Shown here: positions 36,224 to 45,421 of the stretch, piece by piece
Layout of the letters: each line of letters opens with the position of its first letter
Numbering within the stretch: the stretch's first letter is position 1
Origin: a virus
Lineage: Duplodnaviria > Caudoviricetes
Length of the DNA stretch: 52,534 nucleotides
Direction: 5' to 3' (one strand)
IMG/VR virus record: IMGVR_UViG_3300010362_000021
Coordinates: 1 to 52,534 of that record
Notes under the pieces: model-generated
The model's database searches: none
The model's input: the letters and a program-made list of their open reading frames with translations, nothing else
Told to the model about the DNA's origin: nothing
Program-made: the position numbers and the translations under genes

Positions 36224-36735
36224 GATCTACCTTGCAGGCGCTGAGTGTACCGACCCACGCGGATCCGGTGCGCCCGATTCCGTCGCGTGGATTGTCTGGC
36301 GTGCTGGGCTCGACGTTCGCGTGCGAGAGCTTTCGTGTCGGCGGTGTGCTTGTGCTTCAGCGTATCGAAGGTGAGGAATTCCCGCTTGGCTTCGGGCGCG
36401 CGATGTTTCGTCACCCATGCCTCCAGCGGGTGATCGCCGCCGAGCCGTTTCGCTTCGAACGCGGCCCCCAGCACCGCCAACGAAATCACCCCGAGGCGGG
36501 GCAGCGCCATCGCCCACGGGTTGATGTTGTCGAAGACGTCCTTGGTGTTGCGCACCTGGAATTCGGCATTCAGAATGCGCGACAGATTCGCGGCAGCGAG
36601 ATAGTTGAAGCACTGGACGGTGGCGAGGTCGGAGCGGGTAAAGGCATCCTCGCCAATGCGCAAGACCGCGATGTTGACCCGCTCCTGCAATTGACGCACG
36701 ACGCCAGTGCCGAGAATACGGGAGGATAGAATCAT
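36220..36735 (-). CDS. Hypothetical protein
   Basis: 171 aa; ATGA coupling to the next gene. Confidence 0.65.
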   Translation of the reverse strand: MILSSRILGTGVVRQLQERVNIAVLRIGEDAFTRSDLATVQCFNYLAAANLSRILNAEFQVRNTKDVFDNINPWAMALPRLGVISLAVLGAAFEAKRLGGDHPLEAWVTKHRAPEAKREFLTFDTLKHKHTADTKALARERRAQHARQSTRRNRAHRIRVGRYTQRLQGRS

Positions 36736-37024
36736 GACGGTTAGCCTGCTTTCTTGGGAATGGTCAGAGCCCGAGTGAGCCGTCGGATGGCCTGCCGTGC
36801 ATCAGGACGGAGGGCCGACCACCGTAACGGAAATGGACGACGACGAAGATTGGCGGGCACGGGTTGGCCCCGCGTCGGCAATTGCCGCGTCAGGTCACAC
36901 AGCACGTGTCGGACGGTGCCTGACAAGGCGTCCCACCCCGGAGGCTCGGTGGTGCACCGATGCGGCGGCAAGCCGGGGCGCGAGTGGACGAGGCGCAGAT
37001 GGACGGGATGATGGCGGTGCACAA

Positions 37025-37477
37025 TTAGGCACTCCGTTGGTGGACAGGATTCGTTGTCGGGTGGCGCCGCTGCTGTTTCTTTTCGGTTGGCGTTTCGAAA
37101 ATCTGCTCGACCAGTAAGAGGACGTTGCGCTGGACGCGCGGGCGGGTGCGCAGGCGCTGCACCAGCAGGCGTTCCGGGGGCGAGAGACTGATCGCCCCGC
37201 GGCGCAACGTCGCTTTTCCATACAGACCCTCAATGAGATCGGCAATCTGTGGTTTCCCCGCGGCCCGCAGCAACCGGGAGGCGGTGAAAGCTGAACCATT
37301 GCCAGCTTTGGCAATCCGCAGACAGAGTTCGATGCCGGGAGGGGCCGTATACTTTCCCGGTTTGAGGTGATGGCTCAGACGTTGGGGCGTAATGCCTGCC
37401 GCCTCAGCAAAAGCCTTCTTCGACCCCCCGAAATCCGCGACGAGCACGGCCAGCACCTCAGCAAACGTTTCAGCCAT
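37025..37477 (-). CDS. Phage repressor-like XRE HTH protein
   Basis: SKKAFAEAAGITPQRLSHHL..P..ELCLRIA; divergent from a Cro-like gene; no peptidase domain seen. Confidence 0.8.
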   Translation of the reverse strand: MAETFAEVLAVLVADFGGSKKAFAEAAGITPQRLSHHLKPGKYTAPPGIELCLRIAKAGNGSAFTASRLLRAAGKPQIADLIEGLYGKATLRRGAISLSPPERLLVQRLRTRPRVQRNVLLLVEQIFETPTEKKQQRRHPTTNPVHQRSA

Positions 37478-37680
37478 AAGTGAATTTGCCCGGAGTATAC
37501 ATTACTTATGCTAGGCAAATTGCCTGTTCTGCCGATTCCCCGTTGCTAGTACTTCCAACAGTTTGACAGCACGAAAAGGCGGGCCTACTCTGACCGCCGC
37601 AGTTCCGTAAGTGCAACTTTGCACTTACGAGAAAGTGCAACCCCACATCCCAGCGGTCGGTTCGTTTCCCGGGGACGTCC
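37478..37680. promoter_or_regulatory. Lysis/lysogeny switch region with rightward promoter TTGACA-N17-TACTCT (37563-37591) and several inverted repeats
   Basis: AT-richer divergent intergenic region; AATTTGCC/GGCAAATT (37483-37521); CGTAAGTGCAA-CT-TTGCACTTACG (37606-37629). Confidence 0.75.
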
Positions 37681-37992
37681 ATGGTGCAGGAATCGGTGCA
37701 ACTCGCGCGAATGCTCGACGCGTATCGGCTGGCGAAAGACTACTCGTGGCCGCAGTTGGCCAGCGCGATGAAAAAGCAGCACTGCTGGATCCCGTCGCGC
37801 ACGCTGAACTATTTGATGAAGCGCCCGCCTGATCATCCACGCGACCGCACGCTCTTCAAGATGCGCAAGTTTTTGTCGTGGGCGCGCCGCGAAGATCGCG
37901 AGGCGATGTTTCGGGCCCGCGCGATCTACCGCGAACAACTCCAGCACGACGCCGAAATGCAGAAGCAGCAGGCAGAGGCGGTGGTGTCGTGA
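37681..37992 (+). CDS. Cro-like HTH regulator
   Basis: YRLAKDYSWPQLASAM...SRTLNYLM; first rightward gene. Confidence 0.7.
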   Translation: MVQESVQLARMLDAYRLAKDYSWPQLASAMKKQHCWIPSRTLNYLMKRPPDHPRDRTLFKMRKFLSWARREDREAMFRARAIYREQLQHDAEMQKQQAEAVVS

Positions 37993-38177
37993 CGGCCCGC
38001 TGCTACACCGTCGCGCAGACCTGTGAGTTGCTGCAACTGAAGCCCCGCACCTTTCGCAAACAGCGCAACGCCGGTCGACTGCCATTCCTCGAAGAACTCA
38101 AACCCCGTCTCGGTCGATTCCCGCGCTACCGCGCCGATCTGATCGACCGCTATCTGGCCAACAAATGGAATCGCTAA
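37989..38177 (+). CDS. Excisionase/AlpA-like HTH protein
   Basis: YTVAQTCELLQLKPRTF....AGRLP....PRYRADLIDRYL. Confidence 0.72.
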   Translation: MTARCYTVAQTCELLQLKPRTFRKQRNAGRLPFLEELKPRLGRFPRYRADLIDRYLANKWNR

Positions 38178-39187
38178 TCCCGCTCAACACCATCGCCCTG
38201 GACGCGTCGCTGCAAACGCGTCTCACCATCCGCGAGGACTACGTGGCCGCGTACGCGGCGCTGATGCGCGACGGGGTCGTGTTCCCCGCTGTGGTCCTGT
38301 TCACAGATGGCGGGCGTCATTTCATCGGGGATGGATTTCATCGGGTGCTTGCGGCCCGCGAGGCGGGACTCAGCGAGCTACTGGCCGACGTCCGAGGGGG
38401 CACCCGCGATGACGCCCTCTGGTTCGCCCTCGGCGCGAATCGCCACGGCTATCCCTTGACGCCCTCCGACAAGAAGCACGCGATCCAGATCGCCCTCCTC
38501 ACGTTTCCGCAGTTCAGTCTCAACGTCATCGCCGATCAGATGGGGTGCTCTCGTCGCTGGGTGCAGGACGTGGCACGGCAGACGGCGGCGACTCGCCTGC
38601 CCGCTGGAGGCACCGTCATCGGTCGGGATGGCCACGAATATCCGCGCGCCCCGCGCGCCGCGCGCCCCCGCACTGAGGCCCTGCGCGCGGAGGTGCGCGC
38701 GATGCTGCGGGCGGGCCGCACCTCGAAAGAGATTCGGCACGCGCTGCAGGCGCACACACAACTCATCGCCGACGAGAAACGACGCCTCGGGATGGCGGTG
38801 CCCAATCGCACGCGCGCCTTCTTGCGCGACCGCCTGGACGAGATGCGACGGCTCGCCGCGGAGGGCCATTCCTCGCGCCAGATCGCGGAGGCGGTCGGGC
38901 TCACATTCGCCGCCGCCCGCGGGTTGATGCGTCGCGAAGGCATTACGGTGCGGGCCGATGCCGTCGTCGGACACAGCAAACGGCTCAATGCGAATCGCAT
39001 CGTCGATCACATCGTGATCGATGCCGAACATCTGGTCGCGGATTTCAATTTGATCGATTTCACCCAGCTGGATCACGCACGCCTGCCGCTCTGGCTGCGG
39101 TCCCTCGCCGAATCACGCGAGAAGCTGGGCGCGTTCATCCGTCGACTCATGAAGGAGCGAGGTGCAAACAATGGCGAAGCCGCTTAG
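38165..39187 (+). CDS. ParB/Srx-like N-terminal domain protein with HTH segments
   Basis: FPAVVLF..IGDGFHRVLAA, ANRHG.PLT..DK, IADQMGCS, SSRQIAEAVG. Confidence 0.8.
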   Translation: MESLIPLNTIALDASLQTRLTIREDYVAAYAALMRDGVVFPAVVLFTDGGRHFIGDGFHRVLAAREAGLSELLADVRGGTRDDALWFALGANRHGYPLTPSDKKHAIQIALLTFPQFSLNVIADQMGCSRRWVQDVARQTAATRLPAGGTVIGRDGHEYPRAPRAARPRTEALRAEVRAMLRAGRTSKEIRHALQAHTQLIADEKRRLGMAVPNRTRAFLRDRLDEMRRLAAEGHSSRQIAEAVGLTFAAARGLMRREGITVRADAVVGHSKRLNANRIVDHIVIDAEHLVADFNLIDFTQLDHARLPLWLRSLAESREKLGAFIRRLMKERGANNGEAA

Positions 39188-39980
39188 TCGTCGGCCGTCG
39201 AAATTCTATCGCGTCAAGTTGGGACTGATGCGCACGCCTCCGGTCCTCGTCACCCAACGGCAATTTCGGAAAGCGCACGGCGACCGGATTGCGGCGGAAT
39301 TGGATCTGGATAAGTTGGGCGTCCCGGTCCTCAACCATCGCGACAATATTTTCTGGATCCTCGACGGGCAGCACCGCATTTACGCGATGCGCCAGTTTGG
39401 CTTCGCGCCCACGGACGAAATCGATTGTGAGGTCTTCGAAGGCCTGACCGATGAAGAGGCGGCGAAAATGTTTCTCGGGCGCGATGCCCGTCGCGCCATC
39501 TGCCCCTTCGACAAATTCCACATCGCCTGCACCGCCGGCCAGAAGCGGGAACTCGATATCCGGCGCGCGGTGGAATCCAACGGGCTCGCCATCAGTCGCG
39601 ACAAACAGGCGAATCGGATCGGCGCGGTCTCCGCGCTGGGCAAGGTCTACGACCGTGCGGGCGACATCGTGGTCGGGCAGGTCGTGCGCACGCTGAAGAA
39701 TGCCTTCGAAGGGGATCCGCAATCCTTCGATGGCGCCCTGATCGAAGGCCTCGGCCATCTCTTCAATCGGTTCAACGGCAAAACCAATGAGAAAGAACTC
39801 TCCGCGCGGCTGTCGCACGTGCCGCTCGGCGCCCGCGGCGTGCTGCGGCGTGCCGAGGCCCAGCGCGAGAAGACCGGGAACGCCAAGGCGCAGTGTGTCG
39901 CCGCGGCCGTGGTGGACATCTACAACAAAGGGCAGGGCACGCGCAGCGGCGAGCGATTGCCCGCGTGGTGGAAGGACTGA
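39171..39980 (+). CDS. ParB-like (DGQHR) domain protein
   Basis: WILDGQHRI, GLTDEEAAKMF. Confidence 0.78.
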   Translation: MAKPLSRRPSKFYRVKLGLMRTPPVLVTQRQFRKAHGDRIAAELDLDKLGVPVLNHRDNIFWILDGQHRIYAMRQFGFAPTDEIDCEVFEGLTDEEAAKMFLGRDARRAICPFDKFHIACTAGQKRELDIRRAVESNGLAISRDKQANRIGAVSALGKVYDRAGDIVVGQVVRTLKNAFEGDPQSFDGALIEGLGHLFNRFNGKTNEKELSARLSHVPLGARGVLRRAEAQREKTGNAKAQCVAAAVVDIYNKGQGTRSGERLPAWWKD

Positions 39981-39983
39981 GTT

Positions 39984-40994
39984 ATGACGACAGTTGTCGA
40001 ACGCATCCAGGCGACGGAAGTCGCCGCCCGACTCGGCGCGGTGCCCATCGTGCCGTTCACGCCCGATCAGATCGCGCTAATCAAACGCACCATCGCGAAG
40101 GGGGCGACCGACGACGAACTCAAACTGTTCCTCGCGCAGTGCCAACGCACCGGCCTCGATCCCTTCGACCGCCAGATTTATTTCATCAAGCGCAAGCAGT
40201 GGAACGCGGAACTGAACGACCACGAGTGGGTCGGGCAAACGCAGACCAGCATCGACGGTTTGCGCGTTGTGGCGGATCGGACAGGCGACATGGATGGGCA
40301 GTCGACGCAGTGGTGCGGCTATGCGGGCGAGTGGCGGGACGTCTGGTTGGACGATGCCCCGCCCGCCGCCGCTCGCGTGCTGGTGTATCGCAAAGGCTGC
40401 GCGCATCCGTTCATCGGCGTGGCGCTGTTCCGCGAGTACGTCGTGCAGACCCGGAAGGGCGAGCCCAACACGATGTGGCGCAAGATGGCGGCGAACCAAC
40501 TCGCCAAATGCGCCGAGGCCCTCGCGCTACGGAAGGCCTTTCCCAAGCAGCTGAGTGGCGTCTACACCAACGACGAAATGGCGCAGGCGCAGACCGACGA
40601 CCCACCCGAGGTGCAGCTGCCCCCGAAGGCGCTGCCCGATCCCGAGGACGCCCCGCCACCCGACGACGGCGAGGACGACCCACCCGCGGACGATGACGGT
40701 GAGACGAATCGCGAGGTCGTGAATCCCGAGGCGGTCGCGCCTGCGGGGTTTCTGTTCGTCTTCAACTACCGATTCAGCGGCGGATTCCACGAGGCGGATT
40801 TGTACGAGCGAGCCGACAAACGCGGGCCCAAATTGCACGTCTCCACGCGGCACCAGCGCGGCACGATTCTCGAGAAAGCCGAAACGTTCGGCGTGCCCGT
40901 GCGCGTCACCACGTCGCAAAAACCGCACTCCAAACCGAACGAGGGCTACCTCGAAACCATCGAGACGTACGACCCTGCGATCCACGGGCGATGA
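39984..40994 (+). CDS. bet: RecT/Bet-family single-strand annealing protein
   Basis: [59 protein letters not shown]. Confidence 0.9.
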   Translation: MTTVVERIQATEVAARLGAVPIVPFTPDQIALIKRTIAKGATDDELKLFLAQCQRTGLDPFDRQIYFIKRKQWNAELNDHEWVGQTQTSIDGLRVVADRTGDMDGQSTQWCGYAGEWRDVWLDDAPPAAARVLVYRKGCAHPFIGVALFREYVVQTRKGEPNTMWRKMAANQLAKCAEALALRKAFPKQLSGVYTNDEMAQAQTDDPPEVQLPPKALPDPEDAPPPDDGEDDPPADDDGETNREVVNPEAVAPAGFLFVFNYRFSGGFHEADLYERADKRGPKLHVSTRHQRGTILEKAETFGVPVRVTTSQKPHSKPNEGYLETIETYDPAIHGR

Positions 40995-41161
40995 CGCGTC
41001 TCCTGCGCGCGTTGATCGTGCTGCTGGAGAGCCTGCGGTGGCCGCGGTCGCGCTACGTCTCGACCGCCTGGACGGATGCGCACGCGCGGGAGGAAACGAC
41101 CAACGGCATCGATCAGTCGGCGATTGATTGGGACGCGATGCGACGCCAGTGGGGCGCCTGA
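40991..41161 (+). CDS. Small hypothetical protein (56 aa)
   Basis: ATGA coupling; fills the gap exactly. Confidence 0.45.
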   Translation: MTRLLRALIVLLESLRWPRSRYVSTAWTDAHAREETTNGIDQSAIDWDAMRRQWGA

Positions 41162-41608
41162 ATGGTGAGCACGATGCGAGCCCTGTGGTGGTGGGTGGAT
41201 CGGTGGCGCAAGAGCACGGCGTTCACCGATATGACCCTCGAAGAGCAAGGAGCGTACCGCAACCTGCTCGATGAGGCGTGCTTGCGCGGCGGGCCGCTCC
41301 CCGACAACGAGCGGATTCTCGCGAAAGCCTGCGGCGATGCGACGCGTTGGCCCGCGATTCGCGCGGTCGTGCTGGCGCGGTTTTCGTTGCACGCCGACGG
41401 CTGGCGGAACGACACGCTCGATGAGGTGCTCGGCGAATCGGTACGACGCGCGAGCAAGCAACGCGACTATCGCAATCGCCTCGCGGGTAACGCGAGTGGT
41501 AACGCGAGTGGTAACGGGCGCGGTAACAACACCCGTAACGCGACGCGACCTCCGGATCCGGATCCGGATCCGGATCCGGATCTCCCTTGTACCAGTACGG
41601 GTACTTGA
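41162..41608 (+). CDS. YdaU/DUF1376-like replication initiator N-terminal domain
   Basis: MTLEEQGAYRNLLD...GPLPDNERILAK; internal repeats; (PD)5 linker. Confidence 0.78.
   Translation: MVSTMRALWWWVDRWRKSTAFTDMTLEEQGAYRNLLDEACLRGGPLPDNERILAKACGDATRWPAIRAVVLARFSLHADGWRNDTLDEVLGESVRRASKQRDYRNRLAGNASGNASGNGRGNNTRNATRPPDPDPDPDPDLPCTSTGT
41486..41580 (+). repeat. Iteron-like 12-bp-period GGTAAC repeats (x5) followed by (TCCGGA)5
   Basis: Units start at 41486, 41498, 41510, 41522 and 41534; hexamer run at 41551-41580. Confidence 0.85.
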
Positions 41609-41654
41609 AACAGTAGAGCAGGCGCGCTGACGCGCGCCGACCCTGTGGAAACCT

Positions 41655-41864
41655 GTGGAAAACCAAAAACCACGAACGCCGGTCCTCAACGCGCTGTTGC
41701 ACGAGCTGGTGAAGCAGCACGCCTTCGAGACACTGGCCGACCTTACCGAAACGTTGAAATGCGCCGCGGCGCAGCTGCGCATTCCCTACGACAGCACGCG
41801 GATCACGGCGGCGCTGCGCGCGGTGAGTCGCACGCGTCCGCTGCTGCGAGGAGCCCAACGATGA
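41655..41864 (+). CDS. Small helical hypothetical protein
   Basis: ATGA coupling to the next gene. Confidence 0.5.
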   Translation: MENQKPRTPVLNALLHELVKQHAFETLADLTETLKCAAAQLRIPYDSTRITAALRAVSRTRPLLRGAQR

Positions 41865-42244
41865 TTTGCCATCTCTGCGGCGCCGACATCAGCACCGATT
41901 TACTGCACGCGTTGAAGTGCGGTGGCGACGTCTTCCCAATAGCCTCGCGCGTGCGCTCCACGGACCCTGAGACGAGTTTTCTCGCGGCGCTAGGGGTACA
42001 CCAGCCGACGGATCGCGTACGTGCCTTGACGGCCCTTCGCAGGGCCGGGATGGACGGTCTCACAGATTTCGAACTCGCGGCGGAAATCGGACGCCAACAA
42101 ACCAGCGCAGGCAAACGGCGTGGCGAACTCTGCACGCTCGGGCTCGTGCGCGATTCGGGGCGGCGACGGCCGGCGCCGAGTGGCAGCCTCGCCATCGTCT
42201 GGCGCATCACGACCGACGAGGAGCGGCACTATGGGCCTGCTTGA
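41861..42244 (+). CDS. Winged-HTH hypothetical protein
   Basis: RSTDPETSF.AA, GLTDFELA, KRRGEL..LGLV.DSG.RR, AIVW. Confidence 0.72.
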   Translation: MICHLCGADISTDLLHALKCGGDVFPIASRVRSTDPETSFLAALGVHQPTDRVRALTALRRAGMDGLTDFELAAEIGRQQTSAGKRRGELCTLGLVRDSGRRRPAPSGSLAIVWRITTDEERHYGPA

Positions 42245-42593
42245 CCATGACATCTGGGAATCGCTCCGCCCAAGCGTGAGAATCGAAACCTACGACCGGG
42301 ATGGCGGGCACCGGCATCCGCGCCATCGGATCGAGGTCGACACGCCCGCGGACGGGATCCTCGTGCGCAAGTTTCTCGCGGCGACGATACCGTGCGTCGT
42401 CTGCGGGCAGCGCATCCATCCCGTGCGCCAACGGCAATCCAAAGCCGTCCATCTCTACATCGCGGTGACGTGCCCGCTCGACGTCTCGTACGCGTGCGCG
42501 CGGAGTGCGAAGGCCGCGGAGGAATACCGCCGCATCGTCGCCGCCGTGCGGGAGCGGCATCCGTCGCAGCAACCAGAGCCGGGGCTCTTCTGA
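42231..42593 (+). CDS. Hypothetical protein (CxxC)
   Basis: GAGGAG RBS; CVVC. Confidence 0.6.
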   Translation: MGLLDHDIWESLRPSVRIETYDRDGGHRHPRHRIEVDTPADGILVRKFLAATIPCVVCGQRIHPVRQRQSKAVHLYIAVTCPLDVSYACARSAKAAEEYRRIVAAVRERHPSQQPEPGLF

Positions 42594-42985
42594 TGTCGCC
42601 ATCGGGCTTTGAACGGAACCTCGCGTTTCAAATCCAGGCGGTGCGCCTCCCGCGCCCGGAGACGCAGTACCGCTTCGCGCCGCCGCGCCGTTGGACATTC
42701 GATTTCTGCTGGCCTGCGATCCGGCTGGCACTGGAAGTCGAAGGCGGGATCTGGATCCACGGCGGCGGGCGCCACAATCGCGCCTCGGGCTTCGAACGCG
42801 ACGTCGAGAAATACAACGAGGCGGCGTTGCACGGCTACGCCGTGCTCCGCGTGACAACGCGACAAGTGCAAAACGGCGCGGCCCTCGCCTTGGTCGAGCG
42901 AGCCCTGCGACGCGTGCAGCTGGATACGCAGACGGGTTCGCTGTCGCCCGCAGTCGACATCGTCCCGGGCGGCGGAGCGGTCTGA
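42593..42985 (+). CDS. PD-(D/E)xK endonuclease (Vsr/DUF559-like, possible resolvase)
   Basis: QYRFAPPRRWTFDFCWP..LALEVEGGIW..GRH...D.EKYN.A...GY.VLR. Confidence 0.82.
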   Translation: MSPSGFERNLAFQIQAVRLPRPETQYRFAPPRRWTFDFCWPAIRLALEVEGGIWIHGGGRHNRASGFERDVEKYNEAALHGYAVLRVTTRQVQNGAALALVERALRRVQLDTQTGSLSPAVDIVPGGGAV

Positions 42986-43971
42986 TGCAATGCCATCTGT
43001 GGGATCGCTCTTCACCGGCATCGGCGGGCTCGATCTCGGATTCGAGCGAGCCGGATTCACCATCGCATGGCAATGCGAGAGCGACCGATTCTGCCGACGC
43101 GTGCTCGCTCGCCATTGGCCCGGAGTGCCCTGCTACACCGATGTCCACACGCTCCGAATGGCCGACTCCGGTCGTGCGCGACCGCGAGACGCTCGCGAAG
43201 GTGACCCGCGGCGCCCACGCCAGCGCGGGCGGCACGCCGCTCCTCGTCGCCATCATCAATTCGCCCGACCCGTCGATGTGCTCATCGGCGGATTCCCCTG
43301 CCAAGACGTCTCCGATGCCGGAAAGCGGGTCGGTCTCGTGGACGGGGCCCATTCCGCCCTCTGGTTCGAATTCGAACGATGTATTGGCGAGTTTCGACCG
43401 CGCATCGTCGTCGTGGAAAACGTGCCAGGGCTCACTGTTCGGGGCTTCGATGACGTCCTCGGTGGATTGGCCGCGCGAGGGTATGACGCGGAGTGGGCAT
43501 CTCTACGCGCAGCCGATGTTGGTGCACCACACAAACGCCGTCGCGTTTTCATCATCGCGTATCCCGCTGTGGCCGACCCCGCAAACGACGGACGGCGCGA
43601 GTGCGGCGCGGCACACCACGACGACCGGCGTGATGCATCCGGGCACGACGCTGACCGATGCGGTGCGCTCTTCGACATGGATGACGCCGCAGAGCCGGGA
43701 TCACAAAGGCATCTCGCAGAAAGTAGCGCGCGGCAAATACAACGGCGGGCTCCCGGATCAACTCGCTGGCCTGCACGACCGGGAGAACACGCCCACCCGT
43801 GGGAACCGCCGCGGACCCTCGCGACCCGTGCTCAATCCACGGTGGGTGGCCTGTCTGATGGGATTTCCGGTCACGTGGCTGGATGGCATCGAGCCGCCCT
43901 CACGGCCCTCGGCAACGCCGTCGTCCCCGCCGTCGCGGAAGTCGTCGCTCAACGCGTCCTCGCTCTTTTGA
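42985..43971 (+). CDS. Overprinted (+1 frame) C5-methyltransferase partner with TRD-like units and motif IX
   Basis: Open for 328 codons; WPTP, WPTP and WMTP units and LNPRWVACLMGFPVTW; ATG overlaps the upstream TGA. Confidence 0.75.
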   Translation: MQCHLWDRSSPASAGSISDSSEPDSPSHGNARATDSADACSLAIGPECPATPMSTRSEWPTPVVRDRETLAKVTRGAHASAGGTPLLVAIINSPDPSMCSSADSPAKTSPMPESGSVSWTGPIPPSGSNSNDVLASFDRASSSWKTCQGSLFGASMTSSVDWPREGMTRSGHLYAQPMLVHHTNAVAFSSSRIPLWPTPQTTDGASAARHTTTTGVMHPGTTLTDAVRSSTWMTPQSRDHKGISQKVARGKYNGGLPDQLAGLHDRENTPTRGNRRGPSRPVLNPRWVACLMGFPVTWLDGIEPPSRPSATPSSPPSRKSSLNASSLF

Positions 43972-43997
43972 CCATGGCACAGAGGAGGTCGGAATGA
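42990..43997 (+). CDS. DNA cytosine-5 methyltransferase, polypeptide with motifs I-VIII and X
   Basis: LFTGIGGLDLG, GGFPCQD, VENV, GAPHKRRRVF, LGNAVVP; no motif IX in this frame. Confidence 0.9.
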   Translation: MPSVGSLFTGIGGLDLGFERAGFTIAWQCESDRFCRRVLARHWPGVPCYTDVHTLRMADSGRARPRDAREGDPRRPRQRGRHAAPRRHHQFARPVDVLIGGFPCQDVSDAGKRVGLVDGAHSALWFEFERCIGEFRPRIVVVENVPGLTVRGFDDVLGGLAARGYDAEWASLRAADVGAPHKRRRVFIIAYPAVADPANDGRRECGAAHHDDRRDASGHDADRCGALFDMDDAAEPGSQRHLAESSARQIQRRAPGSTRWPARPGEHAHPWEPPRTLATRAQSTVGGLSDGISGHVAGWHRAALTALGNAVVPAVAEVVAQRVLALLTMAQRRSE

Positions 43998-44260
43998 AAA
44001 CGCAGCTGGTGTTGATTAAATTCACAGTGGAGGAATTGGCGCGGATGGCGCTGATGCTCTGGCGTTCCGAGGGCATCAGCCTCGATGAGGTGCGGCAGAT
44101 TGGCCGCGCCACGTTCGTGCACGCGTACGCCAGCTGTCGGGACGAGGACGATTGGACGGGGCCCTGCGTCCCGCCGACCGATGAGGAAATCGGCGCGATG
44201 TACGACCGCGCGGTGTGGCTGTGGGCGCACGAGCAAACGCTCAGCGTGGCCGTGCACTGA
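43994..44260 (+). CDS. Hypothetical protein
   Basis: GGAGGT RBS, ATGA coupling. Confidence 0.6.
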   Translation: MKTQLVLIKFTVEELARMALMLWRSEGISLDEVRQIGRATFVHAYASCRDEDDWTGPCVPPTDEEIGAMYDRAVWLWAHEQTLSVAVH

Positions 44261-44392
44261 CGTGCTCGTTCGGGATGCCGTGGCTCTGGCATTTCGGCCC
44301 ACCTATCGGGAACGGGCAGGGGTGTCTGTTTTGCGAGGCGTACAACCGGGAACAAGCGGAAACGTATCGGGCGGCACGTAAAGGAGGATCAG

Positions 44393-44956
44393 ATGTCACG
44401 ACTCCCCAAGGGACCAGTCCTTCGGATTCACGTCACCAAGGAAGCCATCACCAAGGCCGTCACCGCCGACTCAAGTAAATGTTGGATCGCAGAGGCGATC
44501 AAGATTGCGGTCCCGTGGGCGCAGAACGTCTCGGTGGATCTGGCGACGATTCGGTTCAGCGATCTGGCCAAGGGCCTGCGCTACGTGTACCTCACGCCCT
44601 ACGCCGCGCAGCGCGCGATCATTGAATTTGATGAAGGCACACCGCCACACCCGTTCTCGTTCCTGCTCCGCAACGCGCACGTTACGCGGGCCGGATCGAC
44701 GGATCGCACGAAGGCAAAACGTGCGGCATCGGCGAAACAGAAAAACCTCGACCTCACCCTCAAGAAGACGGTGCTCAAGGCGGATCGGCGGAATCACACC
44801 ACCGTGCACGCCTCGGCCATTCGGCGCGTGGGCGGGCGACGGCCCCCGCAACTGCGAATGTTGCGGCAGTTCGGGGTCCGCGCATTTCGCGGAGCCTCTC
44901 GCGACCGCCTCGAACGGGATCAGGCCATCATCGCGCGGGCCACGGAGCAGGCGTGA
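44393..44956 (+). CDS. Basic hypothetical protein
   Basis: AAGGAGG RBS; 187 aa. Confidence 0.72.
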   Translation: MSRLPKGPVLRIHVTKEAITKAVTADSSKCWIAEAIKIAVPWAQNVSVDLATIRFSDLAKGLRYVYLTPYAAQRAIIEFDEGTPPHPFSFLLRNAHVTRAGSTDRTKAKRAASAKQKNLDLTLKKTVLKADRRNHTTVHASAIRRVGGRRPPQLRMLRQFGVRAFRGASRDRLERDQAIIARATEQA

Positions 44957-45165
44957 TGAGCCACTGCTACGTGACCGACGCCGACTATCAGCGCCACTGG
45001 CTCGGTCGGTCCTATGCCACGGATCCGCCGCTGTTCGCGCCCCCGCCGCCCTACGACGGGCCCAATCGGCGCCGCGGGCCCGACCGTCGCGGGGATCGGG
45101 ATCGACGCTGGGACACCGCGCGGGGCCGACGCTATCGCCTCCGGGATCGGCGGCGCCATGCGTGA
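44953..45165 (+). CDS. Small Arg-rich protein
   Basis: YDGPNRR.GPDRRG.RDRR; coupled start. Confidence 0.5.
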   Translation: MMSHCYVTDADYQRHWLGRSYATDPPLFAPPPPYDGPNRRRGPDRRGDRDRRWDTARGRRYRLRDRRRHA

Positions 45166-45331
45166 CCAGAAAACCATCGCGCAGCTGAAGCGGGAGATTG
45201 CGTACTACAGCGGGATCCTGCAGCGCACGACCTCGCGGGATCGCATCCGCCGCGCCCATATCGCCATTCGCCTCCGCGAGGACGCGATCCAGCAGCTGCT
45301 CCGCCGCGCCGAGGTGCAGGAGCAATCGTGA
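45158..45331 (+). CDS. Small helical protein
   Basis: Overlapping operon packing. Confidence 0.45.
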   Translation: MRDQKTIAQLKREIAYYSGILQRTTSRDRIRRAHIAIRLREDAIQQLLRRAEVQEQS

Positions 45332-45421
45332 GCGGCGATCTGTTTCTCGGCTTTCTGCTCGTGGCGGTCGCTATCGCCATCGGCTTCGTGGTGATTGCCA
45401 TGGTCCGCATCTGGAGAGGCC

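Noticed and set aside
42593-43997. Endonuclease plus methyltransferase as a type II restriction-modification system
   Set aside because: The 130-aa nuclease resembles small Vsr/DUF559-like phage nucleases common in replication modules, not a restriction enzyme
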